NCBI GenBank assembly: GCA_965226055.1
Contig: CBDDCA010000005.1
Span: 288,001-352,000 of the forward strand
Direction: 5' to 3'
Length of the DNA: 64,000 nucleotides
From: Spirochaetia bacterium
GTDB taxonomy: Bacteria > Spirochaetota > Spirochaetia > WTKD01 > G963693115
Made by a program: the position numbers and the translations under genes
Part shown: piece by piece, positions 10,730 through 20,957 of the stretch
How the letters are laid out: every line of letters starts with the position of its first letter
Position numbering within the stretch: the first letter of the stretch is position 1
The notes under the pieces: generated by a model
The model's database searches: none
Told to the model about the DNA's origin: nothing
The model's input: only the letters and a program-made list of their open reading frames with translations

Positions 10730-11089
10730 TTAAAAATTAAACAGTTGGGAAAAAATGAGTGAAAATCCTGTCAATGTAATAGCAAAGTGTATGCCTAATA
10801 TCCAATATATAGTTTTGATATTTGCATTTACACTATTTATTTTTTCTGTCATATTTGTTTGAATACTATTCATTCTTTCTGTCATACTGGTATTTACGCT
10901 GTTTATTCTTTCTGTCATGCTGGTATTTACGCTGTTTATTTTTTCTGCCATACTATTCATTCTTTCTGTCATGCTTGTGTTAATACTATTCATCTTTTCT
11001 GTCATACTGTTCATTTTTTCTAATAGAATATCATAGTGAGTTGCTGGTGCCTCAATTGATATATCATCAGTATTTTCTTTATCGTTCAT
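10730..11089 (-). CDS. Bdr-like small coiled-coil repeat protein with C-terminal membrane anchor
   Basis: Mixed 11- and 7-residue repeats (MTEKMNSINTS, MTERMNS, MTERINSVNTS) followed by a hydrophobic C-terminal helix. Confidence 0.65.
   Translation of the reverse strand: MNDKENTDDISIEAPATHYDILLEKMNSMTEKMNSINTSMTERMNSMAEKINSVNTSMTERINSVNTSMTERMNSIQTNMTEKINSVNANIKTIYWILGIHFAITLTGFSLIFSQLFNF
10838..11015 (-). repeat. 33/21-bp tandem repeats encoding the coiled coil
   Basis: Recurrent ttctgtcat...ctattcatt/ctgtttatt units. Confidence 0.85.
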
Positions 11090-11273
11090 ACTTCTATGAT
11101 ACCATATTTCCTACAACTTAATTGCAGTTTTAAGCATTAAATTGGAAATTTTAATTACTCACTAAACAGCAGAATAAACACACCATATGGTTATTGCACA
11201 GTATACTCCATATATATATAGCATTTTTTTTCAATTTATTCACTAAATTTATTCATTAAAAGTAATATCTTTC

Positions 11274-11302
11274 TTGTCAATAAATACATACTTTGGTATA
11301 CT
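11274..11302 (+). promoter_or_regulatory. Sigma70-type promoter of the nqr operon
   Basis: TTGTCA-N17-TATACT with extended TG; AAGGAGG SD before the GTG at 11353. Confidence 0.7.
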
Positions 11303-11352
11303 ATATAAAATAATAAGCACATTAGACATATAATGTAAGGAGGTCTCAACAC

Positions 11353-12429
11353 GTGAGTGATATTTTTCAAAAACAGATGATTATGCGTAGGGTATGCTAC
11401 TCATTAATACCTATACTTTTATATTCTGTATTTCTCTATGGGTTTCGCCCAATATATCAAGTAGCAGTAGCATTTATCATAGGAATACTAACAGAATATT
11501 TTTTCGAAAAACAAAGAAATAAAAAAGTAAGTGAAGCAGTCTTAGTAACCTGCTTTCTTTATGGACTTTCACTTCCACCAAATCTCCCTATTTGGATGAA
11601 TGTGGTCGGTATATTTTTTGCAGTGTTCATTGCAAAATGTGTATTTGGAGGCTTCGGAAAAAATGTATACAATCCTGCTATTACAGGAAGACTTTTCATT
11701 TACTTAGCCTTTCCATCGGCATTAACTACTATGTATTGGCAGCAAATTTCGGTAGGAGCAGGAGGACTTGCTAATCTCATGGGATCAGTGGATGCAATAA
11801 GTTCTGCTACTCCTCTGGTATTATTACAGAACGGGGAAATACCTCCGCTTTGGAATCTTTTCTTTGGACTTCGATTGGGTTCTATAGGCGAGGGAGCTAT
11901 TTTCTTACTTATCATTTCTGGCATATACCTTATAAAAACAAAGACTGCTGACTGGCGTCTTATTCTTTCTACCCTTATTAGTTCTCTATTCTTTTTATCG
12001 CTTTTCTATGCGTTAGGACTTATGAGAGGCTTCTCGGATGAACGAACATTTACTGAAGGATTTTATGTTGTGTTAGCATATCTTATGTCTGGCTCCATTG
12101 TATATGTAGCTATATATATGACTACAGATCCAATATCAGGGCCAAACCAGAAAAAATCTAAGTGGGTATACGGTGCCATCATTGGACTGAGTACGATACT
12201 CATTCGCTTATTTGGAGGCTTTCCCGAAGGGGTCAGCTTTGCGGTAATGATAGGAAATACCTTTGCTTGTCTTTTAGACGAGGTATTTGCTACAAAAAAA
12301 GCAAAAGTACCAGCAAAAAAGCCTGCTACACAAAAGGTAGCAGTGCAAAAAGCCGCTGCTACTGCTGTAATTGTAGACACTATTTCAAAAGAAACAGGTA
12401 GTGCTACTACATCACATAAAAAAGTATAA
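11353..12429 (+). CDS. nqrB: NqrB/RnfD family membrane subunit (short N-terminus)
   Basis: FGGFGKNVYNPAITGR, flavinylation site DAISSATPL, GSIGE, MTTDPISGP. Confidence 0.8.
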   Translation: MSDIFQKQMIMRRVCYSLIPILLYSVFLYGFRPIYQVAVAFIIGILTEYFFEKQRNKKVSEAVLVTCFLYGLSLPPNLPIWMNVVGIFFAVFIAKCVFGGFGKNVYNPAITGRLFIYLAFPSALTTMYWQQISVGAGGLANLMGSVDAISSATPLVLLQNGEIPPLWNLFFGLRLGSIGEGAIFLLIISGIYLIKTKTADWRLILSTLISSLFFLSLFYALGLMRGFSDERTFTEGFYVVLAYLMSGSIVYVAIYMTTDPISGPNQKKSKWVYGAIIGLSTILIRLFGGFPEGVSFAVMIGNTFACLLDEVFATKKAKVPAKKPATQKVAVQKAAATAVIVDTISKETGSATTSHKKV

Positions 12430-12441
12430 TAAGGAGAAATT

Positions 12442-13041
12442 ATGAAAAATACATTTGCATATACTGTTGTGTTTACTTTTGTTTCTTGCTTTCTTTTCGT
12501 TCTCTTTCTTTCGTTTACAAACACAATATTATCTGATAAGATAGCTGCTAATGCACGATTTGTTCAGGAAAAAGCTATTTTACTGGCATTAGGAGCAGAC
12601 GAAACCGATGTTACTACTCTAGAGCAAGTAGATGCATTGAGTACCAATTTGCAAAAAGTAGAAAAGAATGGTAATGTTTACTATCAAGGAGATTTTGGAA
12701 AAAAAGCTCTGGCTACCCCTTTTTCAGGGCCTGGTCTCTGGGGAACTATTTCAGGGTACATTTCATTTAGCGAAGATGGTAATCAAATAGTGGGGTTTCG
12801 TGTTACAGAACACAATGAGACTCCTGGTCTTGGTGCTCGTGTTGATGAACCATGGTTCTACAAACAACTACAAGGCGAAACTATACAAAATAACACAATA
12901 CGTGTTGGAGCGGGAGGAACAGGTGACGCAGATAAAGATAATAGTGTCATTGACGGAATATCAGGCGCTACCCGTACAAGCGATGGAGTACAAGTAATCT
13001 TAAATAATTATATCACACAATTTAGTAAGGACTGGAGGTAA
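12442..13041 (+). CDS. nqrC: NqrC-like FMN-binding subunit
   Basis: GPGLWG, HNETPGLG and the DGISGAT flavinylation motif. Confidence 0.82.
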   Translation: MKNTFAYTVVFTFVSCFLFVLFLSFTNTILSDKIAANARFVQEKAILLALGADETDVTTLEQVDALSTNLQKVEKNGNVYYQGDFGKKALATPFSGPGLWGTISGYISFSEDGNQIVGFRVTEHNETPGLGARVDEPWFYKQLQGETIQNNTIRVGAGGTGDADKDNSVIDGISGATRTSDGVQVILNNYITQFSKDWR

Positions 13042-13043
13042 TA

Positions 13044-13673
13044 ATGCTTAAAACATTAAAAGACAATATGTGGGCAAACAATCCCATTTTTATGCAAATA
13101 TTAGGTATTTGCTCTGCATTAGCAGTAACAAACTTAATGGTAAATACACTTATCATGAGTGCTGGAGTAATTGCAGTAACAGGACTTAGTAGTTTCACTA
13201 TATCGATCATTAAGTCTCTTATTCCACGTAAAGTAAGAATGATTACGCAAGTTATGGTAATAGCGTTTTATACTGTAATTGTAGATATTATTCTCAAAGC
13301 ATATACCCCTGAGATATCAAAATCTCTTGGACCATATGTAGGACTTATCATCACTAACTGTATTATTATGGGGCGTGCAGAAGCCTATGCCCAATCTAAT
13401 CCTCCGCTTCCTGCTTTGTGGGATGGAATTACCAGCGGATTAGGATATATGTCCGTACTCTTTGTAGTATCTATTTTTAGAGAGCTGCTTGGCTTTGGCA
13501 GTCTTATGGGAATGCGTGTAATGCCCGAAGGGTTTACTACATGGGCAATTATGGTTTCCCCTCCTAGCGCATTTTTCTTTTTAGGTATTTTTATTTGGAT
13601 AGGAAAAGCTATTCAAAATAGAAAGGTAACTCAGACAGTACCAGCAGGCGCAGTTCCTGTTGGAGCAAAATAA
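13044..13673 (+). CDS. nqrD: NqrD subunit
   Basis: NPIFMQILGICSALAVT and VGLIITNCIIMGRAE motifs. Confidence 0.88.
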   Translation: MLKTLKDNMWANNPIFMQILGICSALAVTNLMVNTLIMSAGVIAVTGLSSFTISIIKSLIPRKVRMITQVMVIAFYTVIVDIILKAYTPEISKSLGPYVGLIITNCIIMGRAEAYAQSNPPLPALWDGITSGLGYMSVLFVVSIFRELLGFGSLMGMRVMPEGFTTWAIMVSPPSAFFFLGIFIWIGKAIQNRKVTQTVPAGAVPVGAK

Positions 13674-13683
13674 GGAGGAGTAT

Positions 13684-14280
13684 ATGGCACCAGCAATTGG
13701 ACCTATTAGTTTATTTTTTGCTTCTGTTTTTACAAGCAATATTCTTCTGTCAAATTTTCTTGGCATGTGTTCTTTTATTACCATTTCAAAAGATTTTAAG
13801 TCATCGTTGGGCTTAGGACTTGCGGTTACCGTTGTCCTTACTATCACTACTGTTATCAACTGGTTTATATACTATTATATTCTTGTTCCGTTTGGACTTG
13901 AATATCTACGATATATAGTATTCATTCTTGTTATTGCAGCAATAGTACAAATACTGGAAATGTTTATTGATCGTGTATCTCAACAGCTTTATATTACACT
14001 CGGTATATTTTTACCTCTTATTACTGTTAATTGTTCTATTCTTGGAGCTGCACTTTTTATGCAAATACGACAATATAATTTTATTCAAACTCTTATTTTT
14101 AGCTTGGGTTCTGGGTTAGGATGGTGGTTAGCCATACTTGCACTTGCAGCTATGCGTAAACAAAAAATAGAGAAAGCTCCTATTCCTGAAGGATTGAAAG
14201 GAGCAGGCATAGTATTTATTACTATTGGACTTATGGCTATGGCATTCACTGGTTTTTCTGGTATGCTTGCTGTACAATAA
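13684..14280 (+). CDS. nqrE: NqrE subunit
   Basis: FLGMCSF, LGIFLPLITVNC and GLMAMAF.GFSG motifs. Start moved to ATG 13684, which follows an AAGGAGGAG SD. Confidence 0.88.
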   Translation: MAPAIGPISLFFASVFTSNILLSNFLGMCSFITISKDFKSSLGLGLAVTVVLTITTVINWFIYYYILVPFGLEYLRYIVFILVIAAIVQILEMFIDRVSQQLYITLGIFLPLITVNCSILGAALFMQIRQYNFIQTLIFSLGSGLGWWLAILALAAMRKQKIEKAPIPEGLKGAGIVFITIGLMAMAFTGFSGMLAVQ

Positions 14281-14303
14281 ATTATTATACAACGGAGGCA
14301 ACT

Positions 14304-15428
14304 ATGACAGTATATGTATTAGCACCATTGATACTTGGCATTACGAGTGCTGTATTAGCAGCACTTATTGATATATCTGATAAAGTGCTTAACAATTATG
14401 GTGTTTGTAAAATAAACATAAACAGTGGAAAAAAAGAATTGGATGTAAAAGGAGGGTCCCCTCTCCTTATTACTCTTGCAGAACAGAAAATATTTGTTCC
14501 CTCAGCATGTGGCGGAAGAGGTACTTGTGGAGCATGTAAAATTCAAATGCCTACAAACGAAGATCCTGTTTTGCCTACTGAAATTCCTTTTTTCAACAAA
14601 GAAGAGTTAGCAAACAAAACACGTCTTGCATGTCAAGTAAAGGTAAAAAAGGATCTAGAAATAGAAATACCTGAAGATTTGTTCAATGTTAAAAAATTAG
14701 AATCAACAGTAGCAAGTATTGTAGATGTTACCTATGATATTAAAGAAGTGCGATTACAGATTCCTGAGCCTGTATCATTTAAGCCAGGACAGTATATGCA
14801 GTTTGAAACTCCAAAGTATAAACATAACAAAAAAACATATGACTCTACCTTTAGAGCATATTCGCTTGCTTCAAGTGTAGGGTCTAAAGATGAAGTAGAA
14901 TTTCTTATTCGACTTGTTCCTGGCGGTATTGTTACCACGTATACCCATGAGTATCTAAAAGAAGGGGCAAAAATAAATACTATAGGTCCTTTTGGTGATT
15001 TTTATGTAAGAGATACTGGTAATATTATGATTTGTGTTGCTGGTGGGTCAGGGATGGCTCCTTTTAGGAGTATTTTTCGTACAATGATGGAAGAAAATAC
15101 ATTTCAAAATAGAGAGATATGGTACTTTTTTGGAGCAAAAGCAACACGTGATATGTACTACATGGATTGGCTGTACGATGTAGAGAAGCAATATAAAAAC
15201 TTTCACTTTGTTCCTGCACTTTCTGAGCCTCTTCCTGAAGATAACTGGAAAGGGCCTACAGGACTTATTACCGAAGTGCTTGATACATATCTTAAGGAAA
15301 ACATTGATACTAAGGCTACTCGTGAAGGCTATCTTTGTGGGAGTCCTGGCATGTTAGATGCGTGCATGGCCGTTATGGGTAAAAACAATATGAAAGAAGA
15401 AGAGATTTTCTTCGATAAGTTTGCATAA
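14304..15428 (+). CDS. nqrF: NqrF-like NADH-oxidising subunit (TM + 2Fe-2S + FAD/NAD domains)
   Basis: SACGGRGTCGAC...RLACQ, RAYSLAS, AGGSGMAP, YLCGSPGM and C-terminal FDKF. Confidence 0.85.
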   Translation: MTVYVLAPLILGITSAVLAALIDISDKVLNNYGVCKININSGKKELDVKGGSPLLITLAEQKIFVPSACGGRGTCGACKIQMPTNEDPVLPTEIPFFNKEELANKTRLACQVKVKKDLEIEIPEDLFNVKKLESTVASIVDVTYDIKEVRLQIPEPVSFKPGQYMQFETPKYKHNKKTYDSTFRAYSLASSVGSKDEVEFLIRLVPGGIVTTYTHEYLKEGAKINTIGPFGDFYVRDTGNIMICVAGGSGMAPFRSIFRTMMEENTFQNREIWYFFGAKATRDMYYMDWLYDVEKQYKNFHFVPALSEPLPEDNWKGPTGLITEVLDTYLKENIDTKATREGYLCGSPGMLDACMAVMGKNNMKEEEIFFDKFA

Positions 15429-15450
15429 GCAGCTTATATACATGTAATAT

Positions 15451-16503
15451 ATGTCAAGTTCATTTGGTACTATTTTTAAGATAAGTACCTTTGGTGAATC
15501 ACATGGCAAGGCTGTTGGAGTAATTCTTGAAGGAGTTACTCCTGGTCTTGCACTTAGCGAACAAGATATTCAAAAAGATCTTGATAGAAGAAAGCCTGGT
15601 CAATCTGATATTACTACTCCTCGCAAAGAGTCTGACATAGTGCATATTGTATCGGGAATATTTGAGGGCAAAACTACTGGTACTCCCCTTACCATGATAC
15701 TATACAATAGTGATAGTAAATCAAGCGATTATAATGCTATAAAAAATCTTTTTCGTCCTGGTCATGCTGATTATACATATCTAAAAAAGTATGGCATACG
15801 CGACTGGCGTGGCAGTGGACGTGCAAGTGGAAGAGAGACTGCTGCACGCGTGGCGGCTGCTACTGTGGCAAAAAAATTGCTTGCAAAACGTGGCGTGCAT
15901 ATTACAGGCTATACTCTTGAAGCTGGTGGTATACGCTGTGCTACTATAGATACTTCTGTTATTGAGAAAAATCCTATGCGTGCAGCAGATATGCTTGCTG
16001 CAGAAAAGATGATGGAGAAAGGCTTACGGTTAAAAGAACAGAAGAATAGCATGGGAGGGATTATTGAGTGTACTATTACTGGTGCTACTGCTGGGTTAGG
16101 AGAGCCTGCTTTTGATAAAATAGAGGCACTTCTTGCACATGCAATGCTTTCTATTGGAGCAATAAAGGGCTTTGAAATAGGATCGGGCTTTGAAGGGACA
16201 CGGATGAGCGGAGAAGAACACAACGATACTATGAACACCCAAGGGTTTTTAAGCAATAATGCTGGAGGCACCCTTGGAGGTATCTCTACTGGACAAGATA
16301 TTGTGTTTAGAGTAGCAGTCAAGCCTGTGTCTTCTATAGCGTTGCCTCAGGCTACTGTGTCAATTACTGGAGAAGAAGCAGAAATATCCACCGAAGGACG
16401 ACATGATGTATGTATATGTCCACGTGTAGTGCCTGTAGTAGAAGCTATGGCAGCACTTGTATTAGAAGATTTATACAAGAGACATGCTGCTCTTATGTAC
16501 TAG
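15451..16503 (+). CDS. aroC: Chorismate synthase
   Basis: FGESHG, RPGHAD, RASGRET and GRHD motifs. Confidence 0.97.
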   Translation: MSSSFGTIFKISTFGESHGKAVGVILEGVTPGLALSEQDIQKDLDRRKPGQSDITTPRKESDIVHIVSGIFEGKTTGTPLTMILYNSDSKSSDYNAIKNLFRPGHADYTYLKKYGIRDWRGSGRASGRETAARVAAATVAKKLLAKRGVHITGYTLEAGGIRCATIDTSVIEKNPMRAADMLAAEKMMEKGLRLKEQKNSMGGIIECTITGATAGLGEPAFDKIEALLAHAMLSIGAIKGFEIGSGFEGTRMSGEEHNDTMNTQGFLSNNAGGTLGGISTGQDIVFRVAVKPVSSIALPQATVSITGEEAEISTEGRHDVCICPRVVPVVEAMAALVLEDLYKRHAALMY

Positions 16504-16569
16504 ATTATTATGAAATTCACATTTTTTTTGCTTTCTTAGTATAGGTATTTTATAGAGACACATATATAA

Positions 16570-16601
16570 ATAAAAAGGAATACCTATGTATTCCTTTTTA
16601 T
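16570..16601. terminator. Bidirectional terminator between aroC and rubredoxin
   Basis: ataaaaaggaatac-ctat-gtattcctttttat. Confidence 0.8.
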
Positions 16602-16638
16602 GCTTTGATATAATGTATATATAGCCGTATATTAGCTA

Positions 16639-16797
16639 TTATTCCTCTGCAGAGAACTCGTCTTTGCCTGCTCCGCATAAAGGACATACCCAATCTTCTG
16701 GTAAATCACTGAACTCTGTTCCTGGTTCAATATCACTATCTGGATCGCCTTCTTCAGGATCATAAATATATCCACATACACCACATACATATTTCAT
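16639..16797 (-). CDS. Rubredoxin (52 aa, not in the ORF track)
   Basis: Manual translation [52 protein letters not shown]; AGGGGG SD upstream. Confidence 0.96.
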   Translation of the reverse strand: MKYVCGVCGYIYDPEEGDPDSDIEPGTEFSDLPEDWVCPLCGAGKDEFSAEE

Positions 16798-16889
16798 ATT
16801 GTTATCCCCCTATATATAAAATCAATTCTTTTTATAAGCATAGCATATATGTGCTTGTATGTAAAGAACACATACTGCTGCTATTTTTA

Positions 16890-17567
16890 TTATTTTTCCT
16901 CTGTTTCTGTTGTGTCTGTATTGACATCATGCACTGTTATTGGTGTTATTTTCTCTTGGGTATTCTCGATATTATTTTTATACAACTGCTTTTCTAACCA
17001 CCAACGGTTAATTAGCACTCCTCCAAATAAAATCAGAATAAGTGGGCGTAAAATTTCCCAGAAAAAAGAAAAGCTAAAAGCATTTGTGATAGTAAGAAGG
17101 AGCAATACTCCAAACAGTATGATAATAATACCGACTACTAAAAAGCGTATACTGATAGTTTTTTTGCGTACCGATATTCTAAAGTAGGTAGCATACACTA
17201 TCATGATTACCCCAAGCAGTATTAAGATAATTGAAAACATGTTTTTCTGGTTTGTGATGTCTTCTAGTATAGAACCTACCCATAACAAAAGCAGTATTTC
17301 ACCTAAAAAGAAAAATATTTTGTGCAGTTTACATATCCAAAAACTAATCATAAAATATAATCCAACGATAAGTAATAGATAGTTATTATACTGAGCAATA
17401 GTAGGAAACAGAGAAAGGATATACATGTATATTCCTGTGGCTACAAGCAGTATACCTATAACGACACCTGAACTACTGTGCTGAAATATACTTTTTTGCT
17501 TTTCTGAAATAAGTCCTTGTTTACTTTGCTCTTTATTGGTGTTTTTAAACGTGTCTTGTGTACTCAT
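16890..17567 (-). CDS. Multi-pass membrane protein of unknown function
   Basis: About six hydrophobic segments with ILILLG-type repeats. Confidence 0.7.
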   Translation of the reverse strand: MSTQDTFKNTNKEQSKQGLISEKQKSIFQHSSSGVVIGILLVATGIYMYILSLFPTIAQYNNYLLLIVGLYFMISFWICKLHKIFFFLGEILLLLWVGSILEDITNQKNMFSIILILLGVIMIVYATYFRISVRKKTISIRFLVVGIIIILFGVLLLLTITNAFSFSFFWEILRPLILILFGGVLINRWWLEKQLYKNNIENTQEKITPITVHDVNTDTTETEEK

Positions 17568-17647
17568 AGTATAAGTATATCATACTTCATTATTTTCAAT
17601 GTACAGATGCTTTCTGTAGTTGTATTATCGTACAATAATTTGTTCTT

Positions 17648-18868
17648 TTATTCTGCTTTTTTTGTTATTCTGTATATGCTTCCATTGTTTTTGTCGGTAA
17701 TAAAATATATATCATCATTATGCATTTTGATTGAACGGATGCGCCCATATTTTTTGTCAAGTAACTGTTCTATTTCTTGTACTTTTGTTCCACTGTCATC
17801 AAGCCTTATACGATATATTTGCTGAAATTTTAGCGCTGCTGCAAATAGATTACCGTTCCATTGTTCAAACTGTGTTCCATAATAGACACTCAAGCCTGAA
17901 AGTGCTGGTGATATATCCCAATAGTATAATGGCTCTTCCATTCCTTCTTTGCTTGTTCCTTCCCCTACTTGTTTCCCTGTGCTGTATTCTTTTCCGTACG
18001 ACACAACAGGCCAGCCATAATTTTTAGGTGCTGTGCTGTCTATGCTGATACGATTAAACTCGTCCCCTCCTTTTGGTCCGTGTTCTGTTTCATAGAGTTG
18101 CTTGCGTACACTATCGTAATACAGTCCTTGCGGATTACGATGCCCATAGCTTATACTACGACTCTCTGAGCCATCAAGGGCTATTGCTTGTATCGTTCCA
18201 TGATCGCTTAAGAGTGACTGCGATTCATATCGCTGACCTCTGTCCCCTAGTCCAAGAAACAATACTTCTTTTCCTGTATCATCAAAGCCTATCGTCAACA
18301 TGCCACCAAAGTGTATGGTTGACCGTGCTTTTTTGTTCATCTCATATATGACTGTCACTTGCTGTGCTGCTACTGTATCATATGTATTGTTAAATATCTG
18401 TTCTTCATCGAGGCGAAACGATAGTACTGCTGTGGTATTGGCATACGCATTGCCTTTTGCGTAGCTTGCATACACTGTACCGTCTGCTGATTGTACGAGA
18501 TCAAACCAGCCTCCTTGTCCTTGCTGGTATATGTCTTGTGGTAGTTGAGTAATGCATTTTATTGTATTGCCTACTATCACCCACAGCCCTCCGTTTCGTT
18601 CACTTATAATGATAGGATCTTGCTGCTGAGTATGTGCTGTATACCATGTTATGCCCCATGGATGCACAAAGCCTGTGTATAGTGCTTCTATAATGAGATT
18701 GTATTGTTTCGTACGCTGTACTGTTGTATTCTTATTCTTTGCGGCTGCTACTGTGGTGATGGTAGTGTTATGTTTTGCGTCTTCGGTACACTCCCTTGCG
18801 TGCAACAAGGATGGGCTAAGCACAGCGAGACATACATATACTGACATACACAGATACAAGAATTTCAT
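17648..18868 (-). CDS. PQQ-dependent sugar dehydrogenase (soluble aldose/sorbosone dehydrogenase family)
   Basis: HPWG, GQGG, HFGG, YGHRNPQG, EHGPKGGDE, NYGWP and GRIR motifs; signal peptide. Confidence 0.88.
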   Translation of the reverse strand: MKFLYLCMSVYVCLAVLSPSLLHARECTEDAKHNTTITTVAAAKNKNTTVQRTKQYNLIIEALYTGFVHPWGITWYTAHTQQQDPIIISERNGGLWVIVGNTIKCITQLPQDIYQQGQGGWFDLVQSADGTVYASYAKGNAYANTTAVLSFRLDEEQIFNNTYDTVAAQQVTVIYEMNKKARSTIHFGGMLTIGFDDTGKEVLFLGLGDRGQRYESQSLLSDHGTIQAIALDGSESRSISYGHRNPQGLYYDSVRKQLYETEHGPKGGDEFNRISIDSTAPKNYGWPVVSYGKEYSTGKQVGEGTSKEGMEEPLYYWDISPALSGLSVYYGTQFEQWNGNLFAAALKFQQIYRIRLDDSGTKVQEIEQLLDKKYGRIRSIKMHNDDIYFITDKNNGSIYRITKKAE

Positions 18869-18966
18869 GGCTATTTATACTACTGCTTGTATAAGCAGTA
18901 TATCACAATGCGTGCTATTGTATGCATAGCTATCTATAGTTTATGCTTCCTGCAGGAGTAGTGATG

Positions 18967-20844
18967 CTATGGGGTGCTTTTAGCTTTGTCTATTACTTTT
19001 CTCATCTCTTCTGCTAATGCTGTATCAAGAGGAAGCAGTGCTTTGTAGTATTTCTCTGCTTTTGTAATATCATTTAATTGTATATAAGCCAATATCATTC
19101 CTGCATAAGCTTTGACTAAATCAGGATTAAGTTCCAATGCTTTGTTATAGTCCTTTATTGCCCCCATTATATCGCCTTGTATTTGTTTCGCTCCCCCTCT
19201 ATTACTATAGACTTCCGCATACTCAGGGTTGAATTTCAGTGTCTCATTATAGTCCTCTATCGCTCCAGTTATATCTCCTTGCTTCTGTTTCGCATTCCCT
19301 CTACTACCATAGATTTTCACTAGCTTAGGATCAAGTTTTAATGCTTTGTCATAGTCCTCTATCGCTCCAGCCATATCTCCTTGTTTCTGCCTCGCATTCC
19401 CTCTATTATTATAGGCATTTGCATACCTAGGGTTAAGTTCCAGTGCCTCGTCATAATCCTTTATCGCTTCGCTAAACTTTTTTAATTCCTGCCTTGCACT
19501 CCCTCTATTATTATAGACTTCTGCTAACTTAGGATTGAGTTTCAGTGCCTCATCATAGTCCTTTATCGCTTCGTCAAACTTTTCTAATTCCTGCCTCGCA
19601 TTCCCTCTATTATTATAGGCATTTGCATACCTAGGGTTAAGTTCCAGTGCCTCGTCATAGTCCTTTATCGCTTCGCTAAACTTTTTTAATTCCTGCCTCG
19701 CATTCCCTCTATTATTATAGACTTCTGCTAACTTAGGATTGAGTTTCAGTGCCTCATCATAGTCCTTTATCGCTTCGTCAAACTTTTCTAATTCCTGCCT
19801 CGCATTCCCTCTATTATTATAGACTTCTGCTAACTTAGGATTGAGTTCCAGTGCCTTATCATAATCTTCTATCGCTCCAGTCATATCTCCTTGTTCCTGC
19901 CTTGCACTCCCTCTATAAAAATAAGTTTCTGCAAATTCAAGTTTCTCTTTAGATTCTTCATCATGATCATTTTTTGTTATAGAAGAATCTTTTTGTCTCC
20001 CACTCCCTCCATTATTATCAGGATCTGTATCATCCTTAGAATTTATTATTTTGCTACCACCTTTAAGTTTTTCATTTTCAATATACCATCCTACAGTATC
20101 ATTGTAGATAGTTTGATAGGTAATATTAAAATAAAGCTTTAAGTACTCAAGCAATACCTTCTTTAGATTACTATAAATCGGCTCTATATTCAATCTTGCT
20201 CTACTAATATACCCTAATTTAGGATATACAAAGACACTTTTTTGATGTTTTACTCTGTCTCCACTATGATAGGTAACAGGAGGATCTATCATATTCAGTT
20301 CTGATAATTGCTCTTTTGTTTTTTCGCTATACCCTTTTGTGTCTTTATCATAATCTAATAGAGATATTTTTTGTACTTCTTCTGTATTCAGCAACAATAA
20401 TTCTCCATCTTTATCCTGTTCACCATTACCATCACATGCCAAAAAAAGTGCTATAGATATATCTCTTGTAAAATCTATAAAATTTGTCTCATCCCCAAAA
20501 TGCCGTATATCTGTAAGGATAGTAATACGATCAGTACTAGAAGGATACCTATGTCTATTTTCCTCTATTACTTCTTCTTCTGCATTAACAATAAAATTAG
20601 AGTAATCAGGCACTATTCCTTGCTTATCTGTACCTTTAGAGTAGACAGTACTACGATATAGACTAGAGTTAATGGTATCGTCTGCTTTGTGCTTATATAC
20701 ATACTTATCACCAGTTTCACTATATACCCTATTTGTCCCTCTAAATATATACTTGCCTGTGCTATATTTTCTTTGAATATCATATACAAATTGTATAGCA
20801 TCATCTAAAGTAAATGCTTTCTTAGGTTCTATAGTCATAAGCAC
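18967..20844 (-). CDS. FRG-domain plus TPR-repeat protein (copy 1)
   Basis: N-terminal YIFRG, SLYR, RHFG..T..IDFT and ALFLAC motifs; about nine 34-aa TPRs (YNNRG..A..DYD.AL.LNP). Confidence 0.85.
   Translation of the reverse strand: MLMTIEPKKAFTLDDAIQFVYDIQRKYSTGKYIFRGTNRVYSETGDKYVYKHKADDTINSSLYRSTVYSKGTDKQGIVPDYSNFIVNAEEEVIEENRHRYPSSTDRITILTDIRHFGDETNFIDFTRDISIALFLACDGNGEQDKDGELLLLNTEEVQKISLLDYDKDTKGYSEKTKEQLSELNMIDPPVTYHSGDRVKHQKSVFVYPKLGYISRARLNIEPIYSNLKKVLLEYLKLYFNITYQTIYNDTVGWYIENEKLKGGSKIINSKDDTDPDNNGGSGRQKDSSITKNDHDEESKEKLEFAETYFYRGSARQEQGDMTGAIEDYDKALELNPKLAEVYNNRGNARQELEKFDEAIKDYDEALKLNPKLAEVYNNRGNARQELKKFSEAIKDYDEALELNPRYANAYNNRGNARQELEKFDEAIKDYDEALKLNPKLAEVYNNRGSARQELKKFSEAIKDYDEALELNPRYANAYNNRGNARQKQGDMAGAIEDYDKALKLDPKLVKIYGSRGNAKQKQGDITGAIEDYNETLKFNPEYAEVYSNRGGAKQIQGDIMGAIKDYNKALELNPDLVKAYAGMILAYIQLNDITKAEKYYKALLPLDTALAEEMRKVIDKAKSTP
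19387..19915 (-). repeat. 102-bp TPR units arranged as a 204-bp higher-order repeat
   Basis: ctgcctcgcattccctct recurs at 19387, 19591 and 19795; the A/B unit pair is near-identical. Confidence 0.92.
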
Positions 20845-20957
20845 GCCTCTTTTTACATGATAGCATATACTTCTCTACGAGGGATGATTATAGAGTAAAA
20901 AGATAAGAAAACAACAAAGGCTTATAGATTATTGTGTTTTCTATAGGAGTAGCAATG

